Positions 47,095 to 55,333 of a DNA stretch of 64,000 bases are shown in pieces. The notes below the pieces were generated by a model. It had not been told where the DNA came from. It worked only from the letters and a program-made list of their open reading frames with translations, and did not search any database. The translations under genes were made by a program, and so were the position numbers. Numbering within the stretch: position 1 is the stretch's first letter; every line of letters begins with the position of its first letter. This stretch comes from an uncultured Lentisphaerota bacterium (GTDB lineage Bacteria > Verrucomicrobiota > Lentisphaeria > Victivallales > UBA1829): contig ONQZ01000004.1 in assembly GCA_900320095.1 (NCBI GenBank), positions 4,227 through 68,226 on the forward strand, in the 5' to 3' direction.

Positions 47095-48003
47095 ATGTCC
47101 ACGCTTGCTAAACGCACGTTCAGTTCCGTCATCCTTCTCTCACTTCTGGCGGGAGCGGTTTTTCTTCCGTATGACGCCAGAAAATGGTTCTTCACGGTCC
47201 TCTGCGCCTTCCTCGGCTTCGGCGCCTCGTGGGAATGCTGCGGGATGCTGAACGGCCCGAAGCAGTTCAAGGGGCTCAAATGGTTCATTTCCTCCGCGCT
47301 CGTGATGATCGTGATCTTTACGGTCGTTCAGATCGACAGATTTCTTGAGGTGCACGCGGTTCTGCCATATTGGTGGGGCATCTCGGATTTCGTGTTCTTC
47401 GCGTTCGTTTTCTGGATGATCGTGCTCTCGACGAACAAGAACAATGAAGCGCTGCAGGCCGCGATCAACGGTTTCGCCGTGTTCTTTCTGTTCTCCATGG
47501 CGCTCAAACTCATTTGCGGAATCTATTTCACCTACAATTTCCACGGAAACATCCCGGCGACATTTCTGATGTTCATCCTCGGCACGAAGAGCGGCGACAT
47601 CGGCGCGTACCTCACCGGATCGCTTTGCAATACGATTTCGCACGGAAAGAACCACAAACTCGTGCCTTCCATCAGTCCGGCGAAATCGTGGGAGGGCCTC
47701 AATGGCGGACTTGTTTTCTCCGTGGCGGTCACGCTTGCGATCTACACGATCTGCTCCGACCAGCGCAACGGCTACGAATGGTGGGACGGCTACGGCTACT
47801 TCAAGATGACGGTCATCGGCGTTCTGCTGTTCTTCGGCGGCATGGTGGGCGACCTGGCGGAATCCAGTTTGAAACGCACCTGCAACGTGAAGGATTCCGG
47901 TCATTTTCTGCCCGGCATCGGCGGACTTTTCGACCTTGTCGACAGCCTGATCGTCAATTCCTTCGTCTTCTACTTCATCCTGTTCTTTCTGAACGCCAAG
48001 TGA
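47095..48003 (+). CDS. cdsA: Phosphatidate cytidylyltransferase family protein (divergent signature)
   Basis: Polytopic, in the canonical uppS-cdsA position. The C-terminal signature SSLKRTCNVKDSGHFLPGIGGLFDLVDS matches the CdsA pattern, except Ile replaces the His and Leu replaces the Arg/Lys. Confidence 0.8.
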   Translation: MSTLAKRTFSSVILLSLLAGAVFLPYDARKWFFTVLCAFLGFGASWECCGMLNGPKQFKGLKWFISSALVMIVIFTVVQIDRFLEVHAVLPYWWGISDFVFFAFVFWMIVLSTNKNNEALQAAINGFAVFFLFSMALKLICGIYFTYNFHGNIPATFLMFILGTKSGDIGAYLTGSLCNTISHGKNHKLVPSISPAKSWEGLNGGLVFSVAVTLAIYTICSDQRNGYEWWDGYGYFKMTVIGVLLFFGGMVGDLAESSLKRTCNVKDSGHFLPGIGGLFDLVDSLIVNSFVFYFILFFLNAK

Positions 48004-48031
48004 TCATCCGCCTTACAGGAGGACGTTTCCC

Positions 48032-50263
48032 ATGAAAAAACTTCCCGATACGCAGGAAAACGCGGTCATGAACGAGATACTCAGGGGATCCTGCCGCAAT
48101 CCGTACGAATTCCTCGGAATGCATCAGGTCTCCGGCGGAGTTGTGGTCCGCGTGTATGATCCCGAGGCGGAATCCGCCACGGTCATCGCCGGAAACAAAC
48201 GGTATCCGATGACGAAGGAGAATGAACAGGGGATCTTTACCTGCTTCTTTGCGAGGAGAAAGAATCTGTTTGCGTATCAGGTCGAGAAACAATACCCGGA
48301 CAGCACGTTCACTTCGGCGGATCCGTACTGTTTCCTGCCCACGCTCGGCGAGATGGATATTTACCTCTTCAACCAGGGCGAACACCAGCGCGTTTACGAC
48401 GTGATGGGGGCGCATGTCCGGAATCTCGGCGGAGTCGAGGGCGTTTCGTTCGCGGTCTGGGCGCCGAACGCACAGCGCGTTTCCGTGGTCGGCGACTTCA
48501 ACTGCTGGGACGGACGGCGGCATCCGATGCGCATGCTCGGGCTTTCCGGCATCTGGGAGCTCTTCATCCCCGGCCTCAAACCGGGCGACGTGTACAAATT
48601 CGAGGTAAAGGGCTCGGACGGTTCCATCGTCCTGAAGCTCGACCCGTATGCGCAGAGGACCGAGCTGCGTCCGAACAACGCCGGCATCATCGCGCAGGCG
48701 GAACCGTTCCAGTGGACCGACGATGCCTGGATGAAGAAGCGTGCCGCGACGAACCCGGTAGACAGCCCCATGAACATCTACGAGGTGCACCTCGGCACGT
48801 GGGGCGGCCCCGGGCTGAAGCTGCCCGAGGTGAAGGAAACGTTCAACAACTACCGCGAACTTGCCGTCGCGCTCGCCGATTACGTTCAGAAGATGGGCTA
48901 CACGCACGTGGAACTGCTCCCCGTGATGGAGCATCCCCTCGATCAGTCGTGGGGGTATCAGGTGACCGGATTCTACGCGCCGACCGCGCGCTACGGTTCG
49001 CCGGAGGATTTCGCCTGGTTCATGAACTACATGCACGAACATAACATCGGCGTGTTCCTGGACTGGGTCCCCGCTCATTTTCCGCGCGACACCTTCTCGC
49101 TCGGACGGTTCGACGGCACTGCACTCTACGAGCACGCCGACCCGCGCAAGGGCGAACAGAAGGACTGGGGCACGTACATCTTCAATTTCGGGCGCAACGA
49201 GGTGCGGCAGTTCCTAATCGGCAGCGCGCTTTTCTGGCTCGGCCAGTATCACGCCGACGGCCTCCGCGTCGACGCTGTCGCCTCCATGCTCTACCTCAAC
49301 TATTCGCGCAACGACGGCGAGTGGATCCCGAACCAGTACGGCGGCTGCGAAAACCTCGAGGCGATCGCGTTCATCCGCCACCTGAACGAGCTCGCGCACA
49401 AGCTCTATCCCGGCATTTCCATGATCGCCGAGGAATCCACCTCCTGGCCCGGCGTCTCACGTCCGCTCTACCTCGGCGGCCTCGGATTCACGTTCAAGTG
49501 GAACATGGGCTGGATGCACGACACGCTCGACTATTTCAAGCTGGACCCGATCTACCGCAGCTACCACCACGGCCAGCTCGCGTTCTCCATCTGCTACGCG
49601 TTCTCCGAAAACTTCATCCTGCCGCTCAGCCATGACGAGGTCGTCCACGGGAAACTCTCACTCTTCGGCCGCATGTCCGGCGACTACGTGCAGAAGTTCG
49701 CCAACCTGCGCGCGATGTACGTCCTGATGGCGACGCATCCGGGCAAAAAGCTCATCTTCATGGGCGGCGAGTTCGCGCAGGTGATCGAGTGGAACTGCAA
49801 CAACCAGTCGGTCGACTGGCTCCTGCTCAAATACCCGGCGCACGATTCCGTTCATCACATGGTCGCCGACCTGAACAGGTTCTACCTCGGCCAGCCGGCG
49901 CTGTGGGAAGACGACTTCACGCCCGCCGGATTCCAGTGGCTCGACGGCGGCGACTTCAAGCAATCCGTCTATTCCTTCATTCGCTGGGACAAGAAACGCA
50001 AGGCGCCGCTCGTCGTGATCCTGAACCTGACCCCGGTCGTGCGCGACGATTTCAACATAGGCGTCCCGCTCCCCGGCGAATGGGTCGAGGTGTTCAACAC
50101 CGACCGCGAGGAATACGGCGGGACCGGGTTGCTGAACGGGCAGAAGATGGTCTCGTCGCCCGGCGAATACCACGGTCAGAAACAGTTCATCACGCTCCGG
50201 CTGCCATGGCTCGGCGCAGTCGTCCTGGCCCCGAAATTCGCCGTGAAAAAATCCGGAAAGTAA
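48032..50263 (+). CDS. glgB: 1,4-alpha-glucan branching enzyme
   Basis: 743 aa. GH13 regions GLRVDAVASMLY, MIAEESTSWPGV and LSHDEVVHGK. Confidence 0.95.
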   Translation: MKKLPDTQENAVMNEILRGSCRNPYEFLGMHQVSGGVVVRVYDPEAESATVIAGNKRYPMTKENEQGIFTCFFARRKNLFAYQVEKQYPDSTFTSADPYCFLPTLGEMDIYLFNQGEHQRVYDVMGAHVRNLGGVEGVSFAVWAPNAQRVSVVGDFNCWDGRRHPMRMLGLSGIWELFIPGLKPGDVYKFEVKGSDGSIVLKLDPYAQRTELRPNNAGIIAQAEPFQWTDDAWMKKRAATNPVDSPMNIYEVHLGTWGGPGLKLPEVKETFNNYRELAVALADYVQKMGYTHVELLPVMEHPLDQSWGYQVTGFYAPTARYGSPEDFAWFMNYMHEHNIGVFLDWVPAHFPRDTFSLGRFDGTALYEHADPRKGEQKDWGTYIFNFGRNEVRQFLIGSALFWLGQYHADGLRVDAVASMLYLNYSRNDGEWIPNQYGGCENLEAIAFIRHLNELAHKLYPGISMIAEESTSWPGVSRPLYLGGLGFTFKWNMGWMHDTLDYFKLDPIYRSYHHGQLAFSICYAFSENFILPLSHDEVVHGKLSLFGRMSGDYVQKFANLRAMYVLMATHPGKKLIFMGGEFAQVIEWNCNNQSVDWLLLKYPAHDSVHHMVADLNRFYLGQPALWEDDFTPAGFQWLDGGDFKQSVYSFIRWDKKRKAPLVVILNLTPVVRDDFNIGVPLPGEWVEVFNTDREEYGGTGLLNGQKMVSSPGEYHGQKQFITLRLPWLGAVVLAPKFAVKKSGK

Positions 50264-50356
50264 GCCGGACTGGGCTTTTCATCGCTATCAGACCCGTTTG
50301 AGGCAAACCCCCCTTCCCGTGCATATGTGTGAGCAAATGCGAAAGCCTTTGAATGC

Positions 50357-50416
50357 TCTTTCCCGCGCATACGCGCAAGTTTCAGTTAAAACAAGTTCCT
50401 TTTAACTGAAACTTGA
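50357..50416 (+). repeat. 60-bp direct repeat with 15-bp AT-rich perfect stem, copy 1
   Basis: ctttcccgcgcatacgcgcaagtttcagttaaaacaagttccttttaactgaaacttga. Stem AAGTTTCAGTTAAAA / TTTTAACTGAAACTT. Confidence 0.9.
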
Positions 50417-50538
50417 CTTTATTGGCTCAGGAAAGGATTTGACACTTCAAATCCGCTTCATTTCACCTCGTCTTTCTTCCTTTGCTGAAAACACGTCTGT
50501 TTGAAGGTCCGAAGGGTCGCAAAGCGCCATAAAACAGC

Positions 50539-50597
50539 CTTTCCCGCGCATACACGCAAGTTTCAGTTAAAACAAGTTCCTTTTAACTGAAACTTGA
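50539..50597 (+). repeat. 60-bp direct repeat with 15-bp AT-rich perfect stem, copy 2
   Basis: Identical to copy 1 except for one G>A change (catacAcgc). The two copies start 182 bp apart. Confidence 0.9.
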
Positions 50598-50780
50598 GGC
50601 ATTTTTCCATGTTTTCTGTCTGATTCCATCCGGTTTTGCCTTTCCCCGAACAAAACAGCTTGCCGCCGGCAGTTTCCAGCGGTTCGGCGCATCGGGTTTT
50701 CATTTGATCGGGCCAAAGCCTGCAACACCTGTTTGCGTATTCTTTTTATAAAGAAATCCGCTTTTTTTCGGGAAAAATTC

Positions 50781-50808
50781 TTGTTTCTTCGGAAAATGGG
50801 TGTATATT
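50781..50808 (+). promoter_or_regulatory. Sigma70-type promoter upstream of yajC-secDF
   Basis: TTGTTT (50781-50786), 16-nt spacer, TATATT (50803-50808). Confidence 0.5.
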
Positions 50809-50858
50809 ATAGTTTTACGCATACAATTTCAGCTTCAACATAACAGAAAGTCTTGAAC

Positions 50859-51305
50859 ATGGCAAACACTTCCTTTGTCGTTTTCGCGCAGGCCGCCGAC
50901 GGTGCCGTGACCGCGACCGCCGCCGCTCCTGCCGCAGAAACCACCTCGACTCAGACCGGCGCCACCGCTCCTGAAGCCGGACAGCAGCAGGCTCCGCCTC
51001 CGTCCTCCGGCATGATGATGATCCCGTTCATCATCCTGATCGGCGTCATGATCGCGATATCCATGCGCACCAGCAGCAAGGAAAAGAAGAAACGCGAAGA
51101 GATGATGAACTCGATCCGCAAGGGCACGAAGATCATGACCAGCGGCGGCATCATCGGCGAGATCGCCGAAGTCCAGAAGGACCAGTTCATGCTGAAGGTC
51201 GCGAACAACGTCCAGATCGCCATTTCCCGTTCCGCCGTCGCGCAGGTCATCACGCCCGCCGATGGCGCCGCCGACACGACGAAAGCCGAGGTGACGAAGA
51301 AATGA
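50859..51305 (+). CDS. yajC: Preprotein translocase subunit YajC (long Ala/Thr-rich N-terminus)
   Basis: TM segment MMMIPFIILIGVMIAI, then ..IRKGTKIMTSGGIIGEIAEV... ATG at 50859; the track ORF starts at TTG 50853. Confidence 0.85.
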   Translation: MANTSFVVFAQAADGAVTATAAAPAAETTSTQTGATAPEAGQQQAPPPSSGMMMIPFIILIGVMIAISMRTSSKEKKKREEMMNSIRKGTKIMTSGGIIGEIAEVQKDQFMLKVANNVQIAISRSAVAQVITPADGAADTTKAEVTKK

Positions 51306-53950
51306 AGAACAGCAAGAGCACATTCGCCATTTACTGCGTCTTTGCGCTGGCGGTGATCGCCGTGTTCGTCGCGGCGATGTTCCCGCTGAAGCAGAGCGAT
51401 TTCTACGAGACGTTCAACAAACTGCTCGCCGATCCTGCCGACCCGACCGTCCAGAAGGTGGTCGAACGCGCGAAAGCCCTGCAGCAGGAAGACAAGATCA
51501 AGTATCTGTATCCCTCCACCGCCCTCGAAGCCGCGGCCCGCGAGATCAAGATGCCGTCCGAGGACGGTTCCGCCGCGTTTTCCGTCGACCTCGTCCACTT
51601 CGTGAAGCCGAACATCGTGAAGGCGCAGAAGCTCCAGAACAACGGCGACGTGATCTCCCTGGTCCGCAAGAACGCCTCCGGCGCGATCCGCCTCGGCATC
51701 GACCTCAACGGCGGCGCCGAATTCCTCCTGCACCTGCAGGCCGACAAGGAGATGGACAGTTCGCAGTTCGATTCGTTCCGCGACAACGCCATCGAAACGC
51801 TCCGCAAGCGTCTGGAAGCGCAGAACTTCTTCGAAACGGAAATCTCCCCCGCCGGTCAGGAATTCGTCTCCGTGCGTGTTCCGTCCGTCAACTCCGACGA
51901 CCGCGCCAACCTTGAAAAGCTGATTCTCCGTTCCGCGAAACTTGAATTCCGCCTCGTCCACCCGAACAACGACTCCGAGGTGCCGAAGTTCATGGCGTAC
52001 CTCGCCGCGGGCGGCGATCCGGATTCCTATCCCGACACCCCGTCCGAGGCCGAATTCCTCGCCGAGGAACGCCGCGACGACCACAACAACCTGTACACGG
52101 ACTATACCCTTGTTGAGACGACCGTCCAGATGGAAGGCGACAACATCAAGGATTCCTACGTGACCATGAACGAGTTCGGCCAGCGCGAGATCCTGCTGTT
52201 CTTCAACACCGCCGGCACCGTGCAGTTCGGCGAAGTCACCGGCAAGCACGTCGGCGAACGCCTCGCCATCGTGCTCGACGGCCAGCTCTACTCCGCGCCG
52301 ACCCTGCTCTCCAAGATCGACGGCGGCACGGCGCGCATCACCGGCTCCTTCTCCCAGGACGAAGCCAAGAGCGTGTCCGACGCCCTGAAGAGCGGCAGCC
52401 TGCCCTTCGTGATCACGATTGCGTCCCGTTCCGACATCGACGCCACGGTCGGCCAGGAGACCATCCGCAAGAGTATCTACAGCGGTCTTCTCGGCACGGT
52501 CCTCGTGATGATCTTCATGCTCATCTACTACCGCCTCGCCGGCCTCGTCGCGAACATCTCCCTGCTCGTGAACACGGGCGTGCTGCTCGGCGCCATGGCG
52601 GCGTTCGACGTGACCCTGACGCTCCCCGGCATCGCCGGCATCATCCTGACCCTCGGCATGGCGGTCGACGCCAACGTCCTGATCTACGAACGCATCCGCG
52701 AGGAACAGGACGCCGGCAAGTCGCTCGACTACGCCGTGAAGACCGGTTTCGACCGCGCCTTCTCCGCCATCTTCGACTCGAACGTGACGACGCTCTTCAC
52801 CGGCGCCATCCTCTACTGGCAGGGCACCGGCGCGATCAAGGGCTTCGCCATGACGCTGGTCATCGGCATCTTCACCACCATGTTCTCGGCGGTCTTCCTG
52901 TCCCGCCTGCTCTTCGAGTTCTTCCTGATGCTCCCGCTGAAGATCAAGAAGATCAACATGATGATGTTCCTGCCGCATCCGCACTTCGACTTCATCAAGT
53001 TCCGTTTCGTCGGATTCGGCATTTCCGCCTGCCTGATCCTCATCTCGCTCGTCACGATCTTTGTGCGCGGACGCGACGCCCTCAGTATCGACTTCACGGG
53101 CGGCACCCAGCTGATCGTCAGCTACGTCCCGAAAGACAAGACCATGGCGCAGATCCCCGCCACTGAGATCGAAAAGGTCCTGGAGAAGGAAGGTTACGAC
53201 GCCAAGGCCACCTACAAGAAGATCACCGACGAGGAGAACGTCGACGGCAGGAGTGTGCTGGAGCTCGTCGTGCGCGACCGCGGCACCGGCAATGTCTCCC
53301 AGGAGAACGCCGACACGCTGATCCGGAAGCTCGACGAAGCGTATCCCGACGTGAAGCTCACCAAGCTCTCCGAGTCCACCCTCGGCGCACTCATCGGCGC
53401 GGCGTTCACCCGCTCCGCCATCAAGGCGCTCATCTGCGCCATGATCGGCATGATCATCTACATGGTCATCCGCTTCCAGTTCTCGTACTCCATCGCCGCG
53501 AACATCGCCCTGATCCACGACGTGATCGTGGCGACCGGCTTGTACCTCCTCTTCGGCGGCCAGATCTCGCTGCAGGTGGTCGCCTCGCTGCTGACCCTGA
53601 TCGGCTACTCGGTCAACGACACCATCGTGATCTTCGACCGCCAGCGCGAGAACCTCGCCACGCGCAAGGGCCTCAGCTACTTCCAGATCGTCGACCTGAG
53701 CTTGAACCAGACGCTCGCCCGTACCATCCTGACCTCCGTCTGCGTCATGCTGGTCCTCATCTGCCAGCTGATCTTCGGCGGCGACGGCATCCGCGACTTC
53801 GTGGCGGTCATCCTGATCGGCAACGTGGCGGGCTGCTACTCCTCCATCTTCGTCTCCCCGATGATCACCGCCTACTGGCACAAGGAAGAGCGCAACATCT
53901 CCTCCGAAGGCCCGGAAGACGCGAAGAAGGACGAGCCGGTCAAAGCCTGA
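51302..53950 (+). CDS. secDF: Fused protein-export membrane protein SecDF
   Basis: 882 aa. SecD part (LGIDLNGGAEF, periplasmic domain, six TMs) followed by a SecF part (second six-TM bundle). ATGA overlap with yajC. Confidence 0.93.
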   Translation: MKNSKSTFAIYCVFALAVIAVFVAAMFPLKQSDFYETFNKLLADPADPTVQKVVERAKALQQEDKIKYLYPSTALEAAAREIKMPSEDGSAAFSVDLVHFVKPNIVKAQKLQNNGDVISLVRKNASGAIRLGIDLNGGAEFLLHLQADKEMDSSQFDSFRDNAIETLRKRLEAQNFFETEISPAGQEFVSVRVPSVNSDDRANLEKLILRSAKLEFRLVHPNNDSEVPKFMAYLAAGGDPDSYPDTPSEAEFLAEERRDDHNNLYTDYTLVETTVQMEGDNIKDSYVTMNEFGQREILLFFNTAGTVQFGEVTGKHVGERLAIVLDGQLYSAPTLLSKIDGGTARITGSFSQDEAKSVSDALKSGSLPFVITIASRSDIDATVGQETIRKSIYSGLLGTVLVMIFMLIYYRLAGLVANISLLVNTGVLLGAMAAFDVTLTLPGIAGIILTLGMAVDANVLIYERIREEQDAGKSLDYAVKTGFDRAFSAIFDSNVTTLFTGAILYWQGTGAIKGFAMTLVIGIFTTMFSAVFLSRLLFEFFLMLPLKIKKINMMMFLPHPHFDFIKFRFVGFGISACLILISLVTIFVRGRDALSIDFTGGTQLIVSYVPKDKTMAQIPATEIEKVLEKEGYDAKATYKKITDEENVDGRSVLELVVRDRGTGNVSQENADTLIRKLDEAYPDVKLTKLSESTLGALIGAAFTRSAIKALICAMIGMIIYMVIRFQFSYSIAANIALIHDVIVATGLYLLFGGQISLQVVASLLTLIGYSVNDTIVIFDRQRENLATRKGLSYFQIVDLSLNQTLARTILTSVCVMLVLICQLIFGGDGIRDFVAVILIGNVAGCYSSIFVSPMITAYWHKEERNISSEGPEDAKKDEPVKA

Positions 53951-53971
53951 CCTCTCCCGAACTGATTCCGC

Positions 53972-54008
53972 AAGACGGCATGCCCTCCCCGGTGTGCCGT
54001 CTTTTTTC
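53972..54008 (+). terminator. Rho-independent terminator after secDF
   Basis: AAGACGGCA (53972-53980) pairs with TGCCGTCTT (53995-54003), followed by TTTTT. Confidence 0.8.
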
Positions 54009-54101
54009 GTGTCCGTGCGTCTTTTCCCGACGGATTCCGATCCATTCGGCGCTGCCATGCAATCTTTTCCGTTTTTTTTGCCGCGATTCGCGCGGGCGCG
54101 C

Positions 54102-54130
54102 TTGCATATCTTCAATTACAGAGCTATATT
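54102..54130 (+). promoter_or_regulatory. Sigma70-type promoter of arn cluster
   Basis: TTGCAT (54102-54107), 17-nt spacer, TATATT (54125-54130). Confidence 0.55.
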
Positions 54131-54170
54131 ATATAAGTACTACGCAACAAATTAGACAGGATACTATTTT

Positions 54171-55322
54171 ATGCGCGAAACATTTCTGCCTTTCTCCAAG
54201 CCATCGATCCAGGAATGGGAGATTTCCGAGGTCGCCAATGTGCTGCGTTCCGGCTGGATCACCACCGGCCCGAAGAACGCCGAATTCGAAAAGGCTTTCT
54301 GCGCCTACACCGGCGCGAAGCACGCGATCCCGATGACGTCCGAGACGTCCGTCATGCAGGTGCTGTTCCGCGCGCTCGGCCTGAAGCCCGGCGACGAGGT
54401 CATCACGCCCTCCATGACGTGGGTCTCCCTGCCGAACGTCGCTTCCCTGTACGGCGCGAAGCCGGTCTTCGTCGACTGCGACCGCGACACGCTTATGATC
54501 ACGGCGGACGCGATCGAGGCGGCGATTACGCCGCGTACGAAGGCGATCGTCCCGGTCCATTTCGCGGGCGGCGTGCTGGAGCTTGACAAAATCCGTGCCG
54601 TTGCCGCCAAACATAACATCGTGCTCATCGAAGATGCCGCGCACGCGCTCGGCGCCGAGTTCAAGGGCGAACGCGTTGGCAAGCACGGGCACGTGATGTT
54701 CTCGTTCCACCCGATCAAGAACATCACCACGGGCGAGGGCGGCATGTTCGCCACGGACGATGCGGCGCTCGCCGACCGCGTCCGCAGCCTCAAATTCCAC
54801 GGCCTCGGCGTCGACGCCTACGACCGTCAGACCATGGGCCGCGCTCCGCAGGCGCAGGTGGTCGAACCCGGATTCAAGTTCAACATGCCGGACATGCAGG
54901 CGGTCCTGGGCATCACCCAGCTGACTCGTGTGGACCGCATGAACGCCGAACGCGGGCATCTCGCCGCGCTCTACCGCGAACGCCTCGCGGACATCCCCGA
55001 GCTGATCCCGCTGGCGCAGCCCGCCTACGAGTACAAGGATTCCTACCACCTGATGGTCGTACGCCTGGACATCGACAAGACGGGCATTACGCGCGATGAC
55101 TTCATGTCCGAGCTCAAGAAGCGCAACATCGGCACCGGACTGCATTTCCGCTGCGTCCACGGCCAGAAATACTACCGCGAAAACTGCCCCGTTCCGGCGG
55201 GAACACTGCCGAACACCGAGTGGAACAGCGAACGCATCTTCTCGCTGCCGTTCTTCCCCGGCATGTCCGACGCCGACGTCGACGACGTGATCGATACCTG
55301 CAAAGAGATTCTGGCGAAGTGA
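54171..55322 (+). CDS. arnB: UDP-4-amino-4-deoxy-L-arabinose--oxoglutarate aminotransferase (DegT/DnrJ/EryC1 family)
   Basis: LPFSKPSI...SGWITTGPKN...DEVITPSMTWVS, and the PLP-lysine context FSFHPIKNITTGEGG. Confidence 0.9.
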   Translation: MRETFLPFSKPSIQEWEISEVANVLRSGWITTGPKNAEFEKAFCAYTGAKHAIPMTSETSVMQVLFRALGLKPGDEVITPSMTWVSLPNVASLYGAKPVFVDCDRDTLMITADAIEAAITPRTKAIVPVHFAGGVLELDKIRAVAAKHNIVLIEDAAHALGAEFKGERVGKHGHVMFSFHPIKNITTGEGGMFATDDAALADRVRSLKFHGLGVDAYDRQTMGRAPQAQVVEPGFKFNMPDMQAVLGITQLTRVDRMNAERGHLAALYRERLADIPELIPLAQPAYEYKDSYHLMVVRLDIDKTGITRDDFMSELKKRNIGTGLHFRCVHGQKYYRENCPVPAGTLPNTEWNSERIFSLPFFPGMSDADVDDVIDTCKEILAK

Positions 55323-55333
55323 GGTAAGACTGC

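Noticed and set aside
50357-50597. Possible mini-CRISPR (repeat ends GTTTCAG...CTGAAAC)
   Set aside because: There are only two copies. The conserved unit is about 60 bp with a ~122-bp spacer, outside CRISPR repeat/spacer size ranges. No cas genes are in the window. Kept as a generic repeat finding.
50951-54115. 1054-aa minus-strand ORF
   Set aside because: It is antisense to yajC/secDF, whose plus-strand products have clear family motifs. Low-complexity D/E/G/A/V-rich shadow ORF.
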